Assembly: GCA_973851085.1 (NCBI GenBank)
Contig: OZ316775.1
Location: forward strand, 18,972,001-19,036,000
Direction: 5' to 3'
DNA: 64,000 nucleotides
Origin: Ptychomitrium polyphyllum
Lineage: Eukaryota
Below the pieces are notes generated by a model. The model did not search any database. It was not told where the DNA came from and saw only the letters and a program-made list of their open reading frames with translations. How positions within the stretch are numbered: position 1 is the first letter of the stretch; each line of letters opens with the position of its first letter. Shown here piece by piece: positions 61,670-64,000 of this stretch. A program made the position numbers and the translations under genes.

Positions 61670-64000
61670 CTTTTTGCAGGGCGCGGTTTGTGATCTGTAG
61701 GAGAAAGGGTGGGAGTTTTGGTGTTGGAGGAGTATCGAGAGTTTGAGGGGTTCGGGAGTTGGTTGATTCGCTCGGGACATCGGCAGGAGATTATTACGCA
61801 GGCTTCTTTAAGTTCCTAGAGACGTCGGTTGTTGAGTTCGGCACGGTGCTCTTTTGGTTGCGAGTTTTTTCTTGTGTGTGCGGCTTGCTATATCAATGAT
61901 TTGCTGTATGGCAGATCTAGGTAGACTCGCAGTGGTTCGGAGTGTACATCACGCTATGCGGCGCTGTGGTGGGAGAAGCGATTGGGAGATGCTAATTCGC
62001 TCGAGACGGTCGCCTGACAGGCCCTTCTGGAACCCTTGATGTTCGTGCTTTTTAGCTCGTCGCGTGAATTGTTCAGCTCGCGATACTTTTGGGTTTTTGT
62101 ATCTCTGGGAGAATGGAACAGATACGCGGTTATGGAGTGCGTTTGTTGGGAGCCTTGAAGTTTGGAGAGCATTTGGAGTATTTTAATTCGTTCAAGATGG
62201 CCGACATGCGACTGACAGGCTTTTTTGCAACCTCTTACACATCTTGGTTCAAAATTATCGCCCGCGTAGACTATTGACCTTTCATTCTGATATTGTTCGG
62301 CGAAGCTAGTTGCTTCCCTGGAGAACTGGCTTACCTTACGAAGAACTGGCTTTTCTGAAGAACTGATTTTGGTTCATGCATGAACTTCTGATTGTCAGAG
62401 TCGCACAGATTTGTAACGATTCGAATGTATCTACTCTTGGGGTGTCTGGACTATTTTAATTCGTTCAAGATGGCCGAATCGCGACTGACAGGCTTTTCTG
62501 AAACCCTTCACATACTTCATTTCAAGCTTCCAATCTGCGTTTTCCTTTGACCTATCGCAGCAGTCCGTTGATTTGTGAAGATCGGACTTATTGTTCTGCG
62601 TGATGCTGGTTCATGCGTGAGCCTTCTGGTTGGCAGAGTAGCCCACATCCATCAGCTTATGGGCGCATGCATGTCTTGGGGGCGGAGGACGTACGGAGTA
62701 TTTTAATTCGTATGAAGATTTCACTCCTTCCAGACGGCTGACTGCCAGGACTCCACGAACCCCTTCGCCCTTCTGCTTCTAGCTAATCGCATGCGCTGCT
62801 TCATACATATGTCCCTTGCGTTGTGATCTGGTTCATCGTTGAACTTCTTCTGGTTGGCAGAGTTGCGGAGTTCCGCATCAGTATACATCCGACACTCGAT
62901 GTGCGTATTCCTGGAGTTTGAAGGACGTTAAACTCGTTGCAAGATCTAGCCCGTGCCAGTCGCTGCATCCAGGCTTTTTCTGGAACCCTAATCATGATCC
63001 TTTTTGGTTTTAGTCGAATTGATCTTTTTATATAGCCCTTTCAGTACTTTGTATTCATCGATAAGCTGTATTTGACTTTCGTTTTCGCAGTCGGGCGTGA
63101 ACAATCTGAAGAACGCTAGTATTTAAACTGAATTTACTCGTCTGGAGTTTAATTCGCTTCTGACGGTTAACATACAGGGTTTTTTTGAAACCCCCTTAGA
63201 TTTAGCTTTAAGCATGTTTTGGTCTTATAGTTTTTTTCAATAGAAAATGACGGGCAATCTAGTTCATTGGTTATCTGCTTTTGATTGGCAGACGCGCTCT
63301 AATATTCCAAAGATGGCGAGTACTTTTTGTACGCAGCTTGTACCGTGAAGGAGATTTGAAGTTCTAATTCATACACGACGGCCTACGCACAGGCTTTTTT
63401 TGAAACCTTTCCCTTTGGATTTTAATCATAAACCTGTGCTCCCTATGCTCCCCATGCTCCCTTACTACTGTGGTTTATCAACCATGTTATGCTTTGCAGT
63501 TTACCGAGTTCTGTGATGAGTTACAATACGAAATGTGATGGTGCTATCCAAAGAGCGATTTTCTGATTTTATTTCGTTAAAAGATTGATTAACAGGACAT
63601 TTTGAATCCTTGATGAATCGTTGAATTTCTAGCTTTTGTAACCTTTGAGCATATAAGGGGTGATAATTTATCGTGAGTTGCTACAAGTGTCGAAGGTGAC
63701 TGTCTGGCAGAGGGGCATAGATCTACGCTTAACGGGAAGTGCGACCTGGAGCGGAGAAATTTTGAAGTATTTTAATTCGTTGGAAAATATTCGTTTGACA
63801 GTCGATGGACTCCTGACAGGCGTTTTTGAAACCCTTTACATACTATTTTTGATCACTTCATTTCAGCTTCCTGCACCAGTTAATTGGATGCACATTTGTA
63901 TGATGTGTTATTATCAAGAGTAGCTGGAATCTTTCTTTCACAAATCCTCTGCTAGTGTTTCTGGTTCATCCATGATCTGCTCTTGGTTGGCAGAGTCACT
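61670..64000 (+). repeat. Array of at least 10 diverged 200-280-bp modules with conserved ordered motifs; continues beyond the window
   Basis: YAG ends at 61679, 61914, 62121, 62398, 62636, 62860, 63090, 63291, 63499, 63710 and 63993. YTRATTC-like motifs at 61763, 61992, 62183, 62456, 62703, 62928, 63149, 63364, 63569 and 63772. CAG|G ends at 61801, 62020, 62218, 62491, 62748, 62972, 63177, 63392, 63595 and 63819. Confidence 0.85.

Noticed and set aside
62019..63836. Array hairpins as histone stem-loops, H/ACA or C/D snoRNAs, or hammerhead ribozymes
   Set aside because: The stem has mismatches relative to the histone consensus, ACA is missing in several units, there are no consistent RTGATGA/CTGA boxes, and there is no CTGANGA core.
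61990..63840. Array interpreted as repeated coding exons or uORFs (LIR or YFNS frames)
   Set aside because: Block lengths are not frame-consistent and stops fall within or next to the motif in several units. The CTA/TTA/TTG variation is explained equally well by a YTRAT nucleotide motif.
61670..64000. Array interpreted as a CRISPR array
   Set aside because: Eukaryotic context, no cas genes, and the units are long, multi-block and too diverged.

Overview
64-kb intron-rich land-plant nuclear window; the gene families and degraded AT-rich intergenic blocks suggest a moss or other bryophyte, which is an inference. Intact multi-exon genes: type-B histone acetyltransferase HAT1 (+, 2966-7180), a membrane-anchored SAM-dependent methyltransferase (+, 9320-10956), a YnbB/aluminium-resistance-type PLP enzyme with a probable transit peptide (-, 11959-16045), an aldehyde oxidase (+, 27680-34175) and an ERD4/OSCA channel (+, 42323-46236). 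Small secreted-protein genes that I cannot assign to a family: a tandem paralog pair (20574-21044, 23792-24256) and a knottin-like 8-Cys peptide precursor (-, 50448-50786). Pseudogenes: a protein kinase, a CYP86-clan-like P450 and a PGIP-like LRR protein. There are also several TE remnants and tandem repeats. The most unusual element is at the right end (about 61670-64000, running off the window): an array of at least 10 diverged, probably non-coding 200-280-bp modules. Each module keeps the same ordered motifs: a YAG acceptor, a YTRATTCG motif, CAG|G and an AGG..GAAACCCT hairpin, separated by variable spacers. All exon boundaries were read by eye from GT/AG signals and protein similarity recalled from memory; no searches were run.
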